A DNA stretch of 64,000 nucleotides, taken from assembly GCA_053919585.1 (NCBI GenBank), contig CM132813.1; one strand, 5' to 3'. Each line of letters begins with the position of its first letter. Position 1 is the stretch's first letter. Of this stretch, positions 12,945 to 26,989 are shown piece after piece. The translations under genes and the position numbers were made by a program. The stretch is from Euprymna scolopes. Its lineage: Eukaryota. The notes below the pieces were generated by a model, which made no database searches, was not told the origin of the DNA, and saw only the letters and a program-made list of their open reading frames with translations.

Positions 12945-14163
12945 GTAAGTCTGAATTTCGCTGAATTCTAGTTTCCCACACTAATTATGAAATTTTATAA
13001 ATGCACACTCGTAAATAATAAAATTGAATTAAGTAGATATCGGATGTTTTGTTGAGAGTTTATAGTTTATGGCAATGCTAGATAATAAGTTAAAAGTAAT
13101 GTTTAGTTTGGCTTGGTTCATTTTGAGATTATGGCATAGTCGACACTTTTGATAATAGTTCAGTTATGTTACGTTTGCTTTTGGAAAAAAAACAACACAT
13201 TTTATAAACTATCATATATATTTTTCATTTTGATGTTCTGTAGCAGTACACAGTTACATACAATCAAAGTCTGGTTCAGTTTGTTTTTTTAGATATAATT
13301 GTTTCGCCATGATATATGTCTAACAGAGACTGACACTGTTGGTTTAAGTTGAAATGTTTCTCGATGTCATTATGTACGAGTAGAAATGCAACGCCTGTAT
13401 AATTAGCATGACCTAGAATTTTTTTTCAAAAATAAAAATAACCCCGAATTTTTTTTTTATAAATATTAAATTAGTGTTAAATTAGATCGTTCAATTAAAA
13501 ATGTTCTGCCGGGCGTTAACGTGGTATGTTTCATGGGTCGAAGGAAGGTAGCCAGTAGCAATCTCGTGATTTACACCGAATATGAAAAGGGTTATGGTCT
13601 AAACCTATAATATGCTTCAACAAAACCAACAGAAATTGTCCTAATTGTTATAATAAAACGGATGTAATGTGTTCATCATTGGTATCTAAAAATGTGTATT
13701 CAATTTTGTGCATTAATACATTAGCATAGCTTGAGGGAACATTTTGTTGAAACAAAATTAAGAGGAATTATCTACGACGTACTCTACATATTGCATACAT
13801 TTAATATTTGAGGATCAACATTGATTAATAGATTATTCAACCTCTTATTTCCAATCACATCAAGTAAGAAAAATACCCCAAAAAAGAGAGGTACTTCTAT
13901 TCCGATGTTTGTTTTTGATGGTATACGAAGATAGCCACATACTTTAAAACTATAAATAGCTGGAATTTTAGACTGCCACAATATCTGAGTATGCACGAGG
14001 GAAACATTACTTATCGTTCAAGTCGGACGAAAAATGTATTTAGATGTCCCTCTGTCCAAAGAGGCATCTTGACTGGTTTGATATTCTTTATATTTATTCT
14101 TGAAAACATTTAATTATGTAACTATGTTTACTGAAAATTGTAAGTTGCCTTTTACATCAGATA

Positions 14164-14232
<69 letters not shown>

Positions 14233-14473
14233 TAAAATGATATCGCGTTCGATTGCACCCTCGAATCGATTTGCAAATACTTGCATTCATTAGACATACT
14301 GGTTCAAGAGAAATTCTCAGATTTATTTAAAAATGATTATATCGTTATTTATCTTGGACGCAATATTAGCGCATCATTTTATGTAATGTTCATAAGCAGG
14401 ACAATGTTTGCTCCCTTCAATTAAACACTGTCTATTGAAGAAAAACATGCTATTTCAATTTGGTTCTTTAGCT

Positions 14474-14544
<71 letters not shown>

Positions 14545-14921
14545 GACAAATATTATTAAATGGCACGGAACTATTCTGTTTTACAATTTTCGTTTTTATC
14601 TTCTCCAATCTCCGATTAGTCCTTTTTGTGTTCTTCTCGAAATTGTATATGTTGGATCCATAATCGCGAGCGCTTTCGACAGAAGTATCTTGCCCGATTC
14701 GGATATCTACGGATTACCCAATATATAACTTGGACCTTATTACCAAACGGATGTAAAGAACGCATAACATGGATTTTACTAAGCAAGCTGGATATTTTTT
14801 TCTCCAAATCATCCTGCTACAAGACTTCTGATAAATTTATTATTTTGACTTTGACTTTCCATGTCTCACTGACTTTAGCAAATAGGGTGCATACCTTATA
14901 AATATTTACTAATATTTTCTC

Positions 14922-14965
14922 TCCTCTGATGAGATGGTAGACATCGAAACCCTATAGGTTAAGGA
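14922..14965 (+). ncRNA. Type I hammerhead ribozyme motif
   Basis: UCCU-CUGAUGA-GAUG guaga CAUC-GAAA-CCC uaua GGU-UA-AGGA. Core boxes intact; one C/U mismatch at the base of stem III. Confidence 0.75.
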
Positions 14966-15212
14966 TATTAACTTTCTAAGGCATTATTTGTCTTCCTTAG
15001 AATAATAAAAATTCGTTGATATGAAATTCATTTCAATGAGAGTTTTTTGAAATCCATTGAATTACAATGTAATTTATTTACCCAGTCTTGCATATCGAAC
15101 AATTCTTGTTTAGATGGGATAACTTACAAAATATTACTGCCAGTAATATTTTGTAAACCTTACAATCTCACGTTTACATAACAACACATTGTTAAATAAA
15201 AACTATTCTGAA

Positions 15213-15251
<39 letters not shown>

Positions 15252-18200
15252 CTGGTGTATAAAGTGCAAGAATATGAGTACATGCTTGATATATAGTTTG
15301 CCAACAAGTAAATTGACTGTGTAGTTCGTTGTAAAGAGATATGCAAGGATATTTCTTTATTCCCCGCATAGCTCTAGATTAGAGAATAAGAAAGGACGTC
15401 GTTTAAATGTGTGATGGTCAAGCTTCCTAAAAATATCATTACAAATTTCGACAAAAATATGCCCGCATACATGTAGAAGAATATTCCGATGATACAATAG
15501 ACAACGTGCAATATCAAAATAGAAAATCTTTGAAGAGAAAAAGAAAGGTCGCAATTTCCAAATTTACGTCAGTAAAGATATGGCGAGAATAGATGTCCCC
15601 TATTAACACCAAATTCTTAGTAAAATGCGTCACAAATGCCGGCAGCTTATTTTCCTTGAATAGATTCAACAAATAATACATTGTGTGCTACTGAATCATT
15701 AGACGCACTAACAACACCTTATTTTCTCTAAATTTACCTTTAAGTATTCGGAGATAACTGCACGGTTACAAATAATGTGCTCTTATTTAATATCAATGGA
15801 TTCTTGAAAGCGACAGAAATATGTATATTTATATGCAGGTATATATGTAGACATCTTAATTTTTTAACTAGATAAGGCATTTTCCAATTTCAGCATGTCT
15901 GTAAAGTTATGATGTCTGCCTTGAAAAGTTAATAGTATGCATAGGTTATGCACACCAAGAGCACTTATCTACTCAATGTTTAGAAATGCAATTCTTTTTG
16001 ATGTCTCCAGTTTTTCGTTTTCAGATTAAATAGTACGGTTTGTCTACTGAATTTAAAAAGATATCCTAACCGAACATTTCTATCGGATTTATTCATTTTC
16101 TAATTTCTATTTTTATTTTTCGTTTTGCAAATACAATCCGCGTTTATATACGTGAGCTATTATCCGTTTGTTATGTAAATCTCCCATTAGATTTCCTTAT
16201 TATGTATTTGATTGGCATAAAAAAGTCGTGGTCAAGGAGCGCCTCTTTAAAAGATGCTTTTTGATATTCTTCTTACCTACCGAATGTGTAAGGTTTATAT
16301 CTATATAAAGGGTGCATATTACGTATTCTGAGTATATAAAGTGTTTCTTCGTGTCGTCTCGTGTTTCATAATGTAAATTTGTAGATGTGTGTATAATTGT
16401 GCACATATATACATTGCCCATATATCTACAGTTTTAAAATGACATATAGCATTTCATAAACAAACACTTTAATACATCAAAGAGACGGAACACCTTTCTG
16501 TGGAATTACATCTTGCCAAACACGAAAACATAACCTTCATTCATCCAGGTCTTAGTAGGCAATTTAAAAGCAGCTGAAAAGATGATTCCTTCCAAGGAAA
16601 CGACCAGAATTCTCTGATTATATTTTCAGACAGTTTTTCATTGCAAATGCTTTCCGTTGAAGATGGCATGCGTATAAATACTGTTCCCCTGTAGTACAGG
16701 GTCATGAACCGCTGTCTCAAACGCTCCGACGCTGTCTGCTTAACCCCTCTCTTTCTAACTCCTTTCTACAGCTGACCACCGACTAATACCGTATATCTCT
16801 ATATTGTTCGTTTTTTATGACGTAAGAAAACTCACATCTTTAAAGACATGACCGTGAATTACGTTTTCATACGGTACATTTTCAATTAGTCTGTTCTAGT
16901 ATCAAATTCTCAATTTCTCTTTTGGTCTATTGTTTCGCTAACATATTTTAAATTCCGAAACCTGTAACGTGTTAGTCTTTGTTCATACGGATAAATAATA
17001 CTATTCTTGTATTTAATATTTCTTTTAATAATAACGGTCGATGTTCCAAAACCAACTATCAGCAAGGTAGTCCCGTGTCGCCCAGCATAATCAAACATTA
17101 TATATATAAAAATGATCTAGTATTTCAGCTCTTTATCCAGTCGACATGATTAAATGTATGTTTTATATGAATACTCTCTAGAAGAACCCTTGAAATTCCA
17201 CAATAGTTTAAAACAGCATAACATAATCAAACAGTAGAATAGTCAGTGTAATATTTGTTTTGATCCAACCATGAATTAAAAATAAATATTTTCCAGCAAA
17301 ATATGTAGAAATCCTTCAGATATATTGTTACAAGAAATAGAACTATAGTAATGCATCATATTTTCTATAGGTAATAATTTAATGAAAGTGACTTTTAAAT
17401 CAGTAATGCTAGATAATAACATGCTTAAGTGTAAAATTGTTATTATCACTCTATCTATCTATCTATCTATCTATCGTTCTATTTTTTTATTATATCCAGT
17501 GATACTGTTTAATATATTGATAGTGGGATTGTTTTTATTGTTTAACGAATAAATGTAAGAATGGGTCTAGCTAAAGATGCTTATATAAATTGGCTAAATA
17601 TACGAAATGACCTGAGAAAGACATACATGGAAACGTCGCACGTTAAGAGACATGTGATTTTAAATGATAACGTAACGGAACTAGGGGCAAGAGGTCGGGA
17701 TGATAAGAGAACTGAGTGGAGTTAGAGTTTGGTCACAAAAGTGAACAGATAGCTCTTAAAAAACAGGAGGCGCATTGTAAAGAACAAGCATGTAGACACG
17801 TAATGCAGAATCCTTGTGAAGAATATTTCGACAGCGTAAATAAAATTATATTTTTTTTAAATATGAAGTGGTGTTCTGTGGTTTAACAAAGGAATGAAGA
17901 ACAAGGGTTAATTGGCCTATTTAATGTTTTATCACGGAGCTCAGCAGTTAAAGTAGAACTCTTAGAGAAAGAAAAGGTACGAAGAGTATATATTATTAGT
18001 CTTATAAAAATCATACAGCTATGTAAATATAAACCGTAATATATACTCGTGTGATAACTCAGTGATACAACATGATTCAGTTTATTCCTTGATAACGTAT
18101 CGCCTGGCGAAAGCACAATATATACAATTCACACGGTTATCTGGAGCCGTTTGGGGAACAGTATATATCATCATTCTATCATTGACTATGTAACAGTAAT

Positions 18201-18404
18201 TACTATATCCCAATTTTTTTCTGAAAATCTGATAATTTGGAATGTACATAATAATATTTTATAGAAAGATGTCAGATGTCAACTTTTAAAATTTTTTCAT
18301 AGTGGTAAGAAAATAAAATAGATCAGTAAATAAAGCGATTAGTGGAATTTAGTTAAAGGAAAAATAAATTGGTAGGGTGTGTAAAGTGTATATGAAAACA
18401 CTTG

Positions 18405-18464
<60 letters not shown>

Positions 18465-19619
18465 ATTAATTAAATATTGTTTGCTCATTATGAATCTCAA
18501 TGTCGTAATTTGTTAGATGAAAGAAAGTAATGTTCACCTCGTAAACTACTTAAGCCATTTGCATGAGTGACTGCTTATACGCATTCAATTTACACTACCC
18601 GCCTTCACAATAATTTGTAGAGAAATACGATACTTCTAAAGAATTTTCCTATATGGACAAACAATGACATTTATACCATTCGATGATTGGGCGCAATTTT
18701 CGGTTTTAAAAGCTTTTATGGGCGTCATAGATAAGAGTTTCTAGTTTTTTCACATCCGTATTATACTAAACAAGTACGTTATTTCTATAGTCAATAGTGT
18801 ATAGGTACCTTATTTTTTACTTAATTATGAAACTACTTGATTATTTTACGAAAATTCTGTTTGTGTTTATTTTAACGTACCTCACGGCAAGTGTTATTTT
18901 TCCCTTACGCACTACACGTACTATACTGAAGAACCACGTTATTTATTATTTAAAGGTCAATCAACTTTATGATTGTACATGGTTTACGTTTTAAACACGA
19001 TTATGCACGTCAATGGTGAGGTTTTTTTTGTTATTATGTGGGTACTGAACTGTACAAGTGTATTATATCCTGAGTCGATAAATTTATAAGTACCTTATTT
19101 CTTATTTAAAAATAAAACGTCGATTATTTTATAAAATTTTCTATTGTGCTTACTTTTCATATGCACAACTTTGGACTTATTTCTTTTTGTTTCATATGGG
19201 TGCTATTCTTCAGAAACATGTTTTTATAAGTAATACTACTCGATGATTTTGTCTGAGTCTCGGCTTTTATAATTTTTATGTGCGCCACAGGAAATATTTT
19301 CATCTCGTTACGGCTTAGAATTGTTTTTTTTTCATATAGGCATGCATATCACATGTTAAATATTACTAACCAAAAGAAAAAAAACAATACTTGGGAAACT
19401 TGAATTGTGAAAACTAAATTGAAAAAAATTCCCCTACTCACCGCCGAAAAAACGGTAGAGATAGATCCTGGAAAATCGGTAATTTCTGGAAGTCTTCAGA
19501 GCCTTTATAAAATATACATAATCCTGCTTCATTCCTCGTGCACCCATACATCGTGAAATCATTTCTAGAATATGATATTTCCAAATGTATGCAGTAATAC
19601 ACCGTTTCATTATGAACTA

Positions 19620-21460
19620 ATTATATGGCATTCTCGCCCTAAAACTGAAGACCCACTGCTCAAGAAAAAAAGGCTGAGTGGGAAGCCATCATGGAACTCA
19701 TCAGAGATATCCCATGGCGATATATATATTTTCTTTTCCACGGAACAGTGTGAAAATGAGATCACTGAATGGTTCCAAACTGCAATTGAAGCACATGTTT
19801 CCGCAAGGAAATTCTAGAGAAAGCCCCACTCTCCCAAATGGTTTAATTCTGCTTGTGCATCTGCCATTGCTCAAAGGCAGCACTAGACGACTTGAAAATC
19901 ACCCCTCTCCAGGTACATGGTATCATAAAAAAACCTAGATTCCTCAAATGCATGTGGATCCGATCTTATCCCGGTTGTGCTATTAAAAATGCTCCGCTAA
20001 TGTTGTTCCTGTTCTCTCCAAACTTAAAATAAATGTGTTAACGAATCTTGCTTTCCCGACTGCTGGAAAACCGCTTTTGTGATACCAGTCTTTAAGAATA
20101 CTGGTGAAAGAACTGATCCATCAAATTATCACCCCATTAGCCTCCTCCCGCTTTTTGCAAAAATATTTGAGTCCTTTATTAATTAAACCGTAGTCCAACA
20201 CCTAACAGCTGATAAACCCCTTACCGACGAACGATGTGGATTTAGGCAAGTCCGTTCCACAGCAGATATCTTAACTGAAATCTTTGAACATATATACCGT
20301 TCACTAGACAAAACAGGGGAGGGAAGAGCGGTAGCCTCCGATATATCTAAGGCTTTTGACAAGGTATGGCACTATGGTCTTCTAAGGAAAATTAGATTAT
20401 ATGGTATAACTGGAAGTAAGAGAAACATCGAAGTTGTCCTCGACGGTGGTACATCTAAACAATATGATATAAATGCAAGAGTACCTTAGGGATCTATCCT
20501 TAGACTTTTATTATTCCTGATATTTATAAATGACCTTCCTGATAAAATTGTTTCGGAGATGGGTATATTTGCTGCGGACACCACTCTCTAAACACAGGCA
20601 CGAGGGGAAAACAAATGAACCCACATCTAAGAAAATGGCAGAAATACTAGAGGATGTCCTCCACTCTGTTGTGGAATTGGATAAAAATGGATAGTCACAT
20701 TCAATGCTGCAAAGACTAAGCTTGTTTTCTTTAATAACTACAAGAAAACTTTTCTACCACCAATAGCAATTGCCAAGCACACATTACCTGAAAGTACTTC
20801 ATTTAAACTCCTCGTCCTAACGTTTACAGGGAACATGAACTGGAATAGATACATTGAGAGCATTGTCAAGGCTGCTGCAAAAAGGTGGGCTATCTCTACC
20901 GTGGTTGAAAACTACTTACGCCTCAAAGTATCCAGTACCTCTATAAGGCCACCATACACCCATGTATGGAGTACTGTTGTCACATTTGGGCTGGCGCATC
21001 TGCTGCTTGGCTTTTACTCCTGGACAGGGTTCAAAAGAGAGTCGACAACCTGATAGGTCCTGAAGTGTCATCAAGGCTTTAACCCCTGTCAAATCGACGA
21101 AATGTTGCATCCCTCGGCCTATTCTAAAAGTACTTTAATGGTGTATGCTCTGACGAACTACAAGTGCTTGTATCCTCTAGACGTAACCACCCCCGACAAA
21201 CGCGACAAGCAACTAAGTTCCGCCCCTTTATAGTAGAGAGCCTTAGGTGTAGGAAAACATTTTACTCCAATAGTTTCTTCCCCAGAAATATAAGACTTTG
21301 GACCTCCCTTTCGGGATGCTGCTTTCCAAACTGAACTGATATGCAGAAGTGTGTAATATTACACACATCTTGCTACTCATCTCCCTTCATTATGTCTCTG
21401 CAACTTATGTCTTCAAAGTGGCAATGTGCATTGTTGGGGTGACAATTGATTTTAAAAAAA
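19620..21460 (+). mobile_element. CR1-group (Crack/Daphne/L2-like) LINE, 5'-truncated and decayed
   Basis: RT motifs [65 protein letters not shown]; A-rich tail at ~21450. Same family as 46845-49500. Confidence 0.92.
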
Positions 21461-21984
21461 TAATTTAATTATCGTGGTTTCGTTGTGCATGCAACGAAGA
21501 GCCCAGGGGGAGGACTGATTGAGACTGACGAATATGTAGGAGAGCACTTTGACGTGTGTACCACAATGTGGACATGACCGACATAAACTGTTAATTACAA
21601 CAGTGGTTAAAGAGGAAGAACACGATAAAATAATTTAATCAGAGGAAAGAATCGAAGCACCAAATACGGCTGTTGAAATAAATCAATCGCAATAAATACT
21701 TATGCAAACAGTGGAAACACCTACAGGAATGAATGTTCTGAACACTTCAGGCTGTATGGTTTAACTCTTGTAGCAGTGACACGCATTGTTAATACGTGTT
21801 TAATTGTTGTTAAAAAAGTGCAGCCTATACTATTACTAAGTATGTGCAAATCTGCATTAGAGTTTGTGCAGCAAATTTTTATCTCAAGTAAGTAGAAGTT
21901 GTATGCCAATGATAAATAATGGGTTGTGGAAAATGAGGAATTCATATCTTTAGGATTTCATGCAGTCTGACCGAGAAATATCCT

Positions 21985-22300
21985 ACAGAAAGCCGGTAAT
22001 TGTAGTTATAGATAAAAAAAAACAAGCACAAGAAAATTAATATTATTGACGTGGGTTTCCCAAGCGACATCAATTTAGGAGACAAAATAATGAGAAAATA
22101 CAAAATTATCAAAAACTGAGTATGGGAATTACTAGGGTGTGAAACAAGTAAGCTGTCATTGCACCAAACATCATAAGTGCGCTTGGCTTTAATCCAAATG
22201 ATTTTAAGAAACATCAGAAACATCAGAACTTTTGGAAATAAAGTTCTGGTGTCAGTTCTGCCTAGCACAGCAAATATGCCACGCAATGTGTTTCTCAGCA
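21985..22300 (+). mobile_element. R4/Dong-like non-LTR retrotransposon 3' fragment (restriction-like endonuclease)
   Basis: RKPVIVVIDKKNK...IIDVGFPSDINL (cf. RPD...IIDV motif), IISALG, SVLPSTANMPRNVF (cf. SALLGTAHILRKVL). Confidence 0.65.
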
Positions 22301-22729
22301 GTTGGACTTTTGAATTTGCTAACTAGATTTCATGTAAAACCCCACTCTTCTGTAAATACATAACCTGTGTAAAGCATCACAATGCTGTAGAAATTAAAGC
22401 ACGCGCTACTACAACTACTTATAATAATACTTTTGCATGCCTTGTAAACTGCACACCCACATAAACACACACACATATGTACATGTATATATATATATAT
22501 GTGTGTGTATGTGTGTATGCGTGTGTATATACATTTGTAATAGATCGTAAGAAAGTTGTTGCAGCTTTTTACTCATGCATTCAGATAAACATATCTCAAA
22601 TCAAACAGACAATTATTGATCGACACAAGCACAACAAGAACCCACACAACGCAAAACACGTATGCAAGTAACGTACAAATACTGCTTTATCGCGGTGATG
22701 AAGCCACTAAAGACATTTTTGACATCGTA

Positions 22730-23330
22730 AGGTTTTTTAAGCATTTCTCATGCAGAATGCTATTGAGATGCTTTAAACTGTGGTAGTCTGGAAGGGAAAT
22801 ATCTATAGAGCATGGCGGATAGAGCGGAGCTGTCTAGCACGCGTCGTTCAATTTTTCCAGGGTCGGTTTATTAAGGTTAGGTCGGGCATTATCGTGGAGG
22901 AGAATTGGCTTTTTTAGTGAGTGTTGCTTTCGAGGGTTTTATGCATTTTACTGATTTGTTAAAAGTACTTATCTGCCGTATTTATTCTGCCGTCATTAAA
23001 ATAAGCAGTAAAGGATGAGACCGGTCGGAGTCCACCAATCACTCAGTATGACGTTTTTTAGTGCAACTCGTGTTTCCAAAAGTGACGTGAACTTCTTCAG
23101 CGTCTAACCACTGATTTTATCGTCGACTGTTTTAAATAATTCACTTTTCATCGCACTTTACAATCCGGTCGAGAAACGGGTCGTTATTGTTGCGTAAAAT
23201 TATGAATGGTGACACTCAATAACGGCGTTTCTTTTGGTTGTTGTTTAATTTCTGAGGCACCCATTTATTAAGATATTTGCCATGCTAATCTCTTTCAAGT
23301 AGTTGGAAATCGGCGTATATGTTACATCTA
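22730..23330 (-). mobile_element. mariner transposase relic
   Basis: Minus strand: FLDRIVKCDEK*, LHDNARP, YPPCSIDISLPDYHSLKHL (cf. TGDEKW, HDNARPH, HPPYSPDLAPSDY). Confidence 0.88.
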
Positions 23331-23443
23331 ATTCAAAAGCAATTCAGGAAAAGGTGTTCCTGGATTGGTTTCCAGTAAGTATCTTCTGAATCTCTTTCTC
23401 TACTTGATTTTAAAATACAAATAAAAAAAATGGTGCCATATGC

Positions 23444-24500
23444 ACTGAATTCTAAAGAAAACCCGCCAGCAAACGCCTCTTCGTACATTTCAAATCTGCA
23501 CTACCTCTCAAGGACAAACTAAACTAAGCACATGCCGAAATCTCACGCATACAAGAAAAATGCAATAACATCTCCGACAAACATACACACACTAACAATT
23601 TCCTACAGCCCCTCTCACTAAACGGCTACCCTAATACGATCGTATTCTCACTTAAAAAGAAAAAACGCAACACCCGACCCTTCTCTAACAATGGTTTTCT
23701 AAAACTACCCTTCCTCAGTGACAAAATCTCATCTTCAATCCGAAAAGCCATCCGCAGCGAGGGACTCAACCGAAAACATCCATCGCATACACCTTCCCCT
23801 TGTTCACTCTCTAATTGCCCTATATCACACACAGGTTTATGCTTTAAGAACCACGTTGTTTACGACCTACAATGCGCTAAATGCAGTGCATCTTATATTG
23901 GAAGCACTACCAGATTGCTTCACCACCGCATTTAAGAGCATTTAAACACTACTGCTTCGTCGTTCTAAAAACATATTCGCCCTTACATTAATTCAGAACC
24001 GGATTTTCACATCAACATTCTTGCTTCTTCAAGAAACGTAGGTCAACTCCGTATTCTCGAATCTTTAATTATTTCAAAAAATACTCCCACACTAAACAAT
24101 AAACTGGAATTAGCTCCGCTTTTATAATATAAGTTTAAAACATAAGACATACAATAATTAAAATAATATTTTAAAAAAATGTTTTAAAATAATTAAAAGA
24201 TTAATAAAATCTCACAGAGTTACCTCCCTTCAACCCTTGATGAATAGTCATCTCCCTTGATTCACAAACGCAACAAGTATTTTAAACACCAACTGATTTA
24301 TTTTAACGTTCTCCTAACGTCATTTTTTGTTCTATATTTCACGGTATCACGTGGCAAACTCTGTAGCTGCTTTTCAAATGTTGAACACTCTTCCGCTGTC
24401 TTCTCTTGAAAAAGGACTAATAGGTCTGAAATATATTGAGATTTATAACACCATTGAATACAACAGGAAAAAGTACTGTTGTTTAGAGTTAAAACTTGTG
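23444..24500 (+). mobile_element. Penelope-like retroelement, 5'-truncated: RT thumb, GIY-YIG endonuclease and 3' pseudo-LTR
   Basis: One frame with in-frame stops, ending at TAA 24125-24127: KPASKRLFVHFKSALP...LNGYP...LKLPFLSD...CFKNHVVYDLQCAKCSASYIGSTTRLLHHRI*EH...LRILESLII...PTLN. HHR follows downstream. Confidence 0.93.
24402..24441 (+). ncRNA. Minimal type I hammerhead ribozyme with U3-A8 core variant, in the Penelope pseudo-LTR
   Basis: UCUC-UUGAAAA-AGGACU aau AGGUCU-GAAA uaua U-U-GAGA; same strand as, and ~275 nt downstream of, the GIY-YIG stop. Confidence 0.75.
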
Positions 24501-24771
24501 TGAAAAAGAAAAAACAAACAACAAAAAAAAAAATGTATTTCTTTTGTTTTCATTTAATTTTACTCTATATAAAAAAATCTCGCATTGTTCTTGGCTTTTA
24601 ATTTTACCTTATAATTTTCTTCAACAATGCTTCAAGCNNNNNNNNNNNNNNNNNNNNNNNNNNNNNNNNNNNNNNNNNNNNNNNNNNNNNNNNNNNNNNN
24701 NNNNNNNNNNNNNNNNNNNNNNNNNNNNNNNNNNNNNNNNNNNNNNNNNNNNNNNNNNNNNNNNNNNNNNN

Positions 24772-24974
24772 ATCAAGTTGGTTAAAAGGGAAAATTATTC
24801 CTAACTCGCATTTAGGTAAAAACATGGAATTTTGGGTACTTTTCGACCAGAAGCTTGGGCTTTCATACGATACCAATCTTGGGAAAATCCGTAACTTCTG
24901 TCGAAAAGTTTAGGCAGACATACATGCATAAATATACACACATTTAAACAGACAGGTGAGATTTATATTATAGG
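24772..24974 (-). mobile_element. Helitron-type element 5' end (rest probably in the gap)
   Basis: CATTTAAACAGACAGGTGAGATTTATATTATAG matches the end of 8467-9095; the part at ~24777-24822 also matches 3550-3594. Confidence 0.45.
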
Positions 24975-26989
24975 TTACTAGTTGAGTTCACTTATGTTAA
25001 GGAGCATTAGTTGTTAAATATTTCCATAAATACCCTATTTTTTAACTTTGATCTCTTTTCGCAGAAAGTAAAACAGTCTGAAAAATTCCAGCACAATGCG
25101 TGAATTTCAGAACTAATGCAATAAGATAAAAACTTATAAATCTTGAAGGTTATGCAACGTCACAATAATTGAACTTTAACATTTTGAATAGGGGAATTTT
25201 ATAAATACTTTATTTTTGTATCGCACGTGTACGAATAAAATATTATCATAGTTAATTTTCGCAACTAGCAACGTAAGGATATGAGACTCACGTCTATTGA
25301 ATTTAATTGCCATGTAAGCATACACGTTGAGTAGCGATTAAATAAAAGTGAGATTTTAGTTCAGAGAATTAGTTCCTGTAATAAACTAAATAATAAACAT
25401 GCTCAATACACATTTTTAATAAACATTTGTGTTTAATGTTATTGTATTGAATATCTTTCAGTTGTTTTTCGCTATGGATGAAAAAAGAAGAAGAGACATA
25501 TGTTTATCTCATGGTTTTAGATGTGAAAATTGATAGCGGATTGTCATACAATTGACTGTTTATAGATTGTGCGCCATTATAGTTCACTATATCAACTTTC
25601 ATCAGCACTATTCACTTTATTTGATCTTAATTCCATTTAAGATTATTACCTTTGAATAATTACATCTAATTAGTTTAATGCTTTTAAATCACGAGAAATC
25701 ATTAACATTTATTATCATTAATTAAATTCGGTACGATAGTTTAATGATCCACTCTCATACTCACTTTAATTATTTACTTCGTTTTCTATTAATGGTGTGA
25801 TACTTATAGGCATTCAGTATCAATCAGTGCACATACTCTTGAACCCCCTTCTATAGTTATCAAAACAAGTATTATACGAGTTAAAATAAACGTACATGTA
25901 TTGTAAGTTTATTTGACAACACCGTTCTATTACTATAAGTGTGTTGCTTTATGTAGAAATATATACGTACATTCGACTGTGTAACATATATCGATATTTT
26001 AAATGAGCAAGAACCACCACAGAAAGCGAAGTTATAACTCGGGAATTTTTCAAGGACACTGCGTCTTAAATAAAAAGTCGGTTGGTGGAACATAGCAGAT
26101 AAGCAGATACAACATTTCTGTGTTCGTAGACAACGAACATGCTTGATGATAGTTGCATTAATACGCCTACATGGTATATTATAAGAGATGAAATTGTATT
26201 CTTTGAGAAAATATAAAGGTATTAATAAACTTCATTGAATTTGTGTTATTGGCATTGGCAAATATTAAACAATATGCAGCATGCCAGAACAAAATTATCA
26301 AGAAAAGAAAAGGAAGTCTTAATTAGTTTAATAAATAAAATCAGACTAAAACGGTATACGTGGTAAGCTGTCGTCCCGATTATCAGCTTGAATTAGTTCC
26401 CTGAGTAAGAAGGAAAAATGCTATACATAATGTCCACCTACTTGGGGTAATTTTAGGAAATATGAGGACATTACTAGTCTAAATATATATTGTTCCACAA
26501 TTAAAAACGAGAAATATAACATTCTGACTCTCGAATGAGATAAGTCTGACTAAAAATATGTTTATTACTGGCAAGGAGATTCGACGTTGCACGAGATTAA
26601 ACGATTGATTTCTATTCTTCACTATTCCGAAAATATTTTATAGTGATTGAAATTAGCGAACTCACATATTCTAAGTTAAAAAAAAGATTGATTGCTTGTT
26701 CTAGTTGTAAACCTGTCGCGGGGAACCGAAAGGAACCTACAGGTAACCACCAGAAGTGACTTGGCCTAAAATATAGTTTTGCTTATATTAATCAGTATAA
26801 TACTTTATTGCAGGTCAATATTTAAAAAAAAATGTTGAATTGCTATGAAACGTTGAATAATGAGATTTGGTACACTGGAAGAGCATCGCTAGGTGCCATA
26901 TTTCCAAGATTCGTGTAGAATTGAGTGAATTATGCTAATCTTTCTGTTTTCTTGTAATTATAAGTGTGCATCACTTTAATTCAAGTCAT

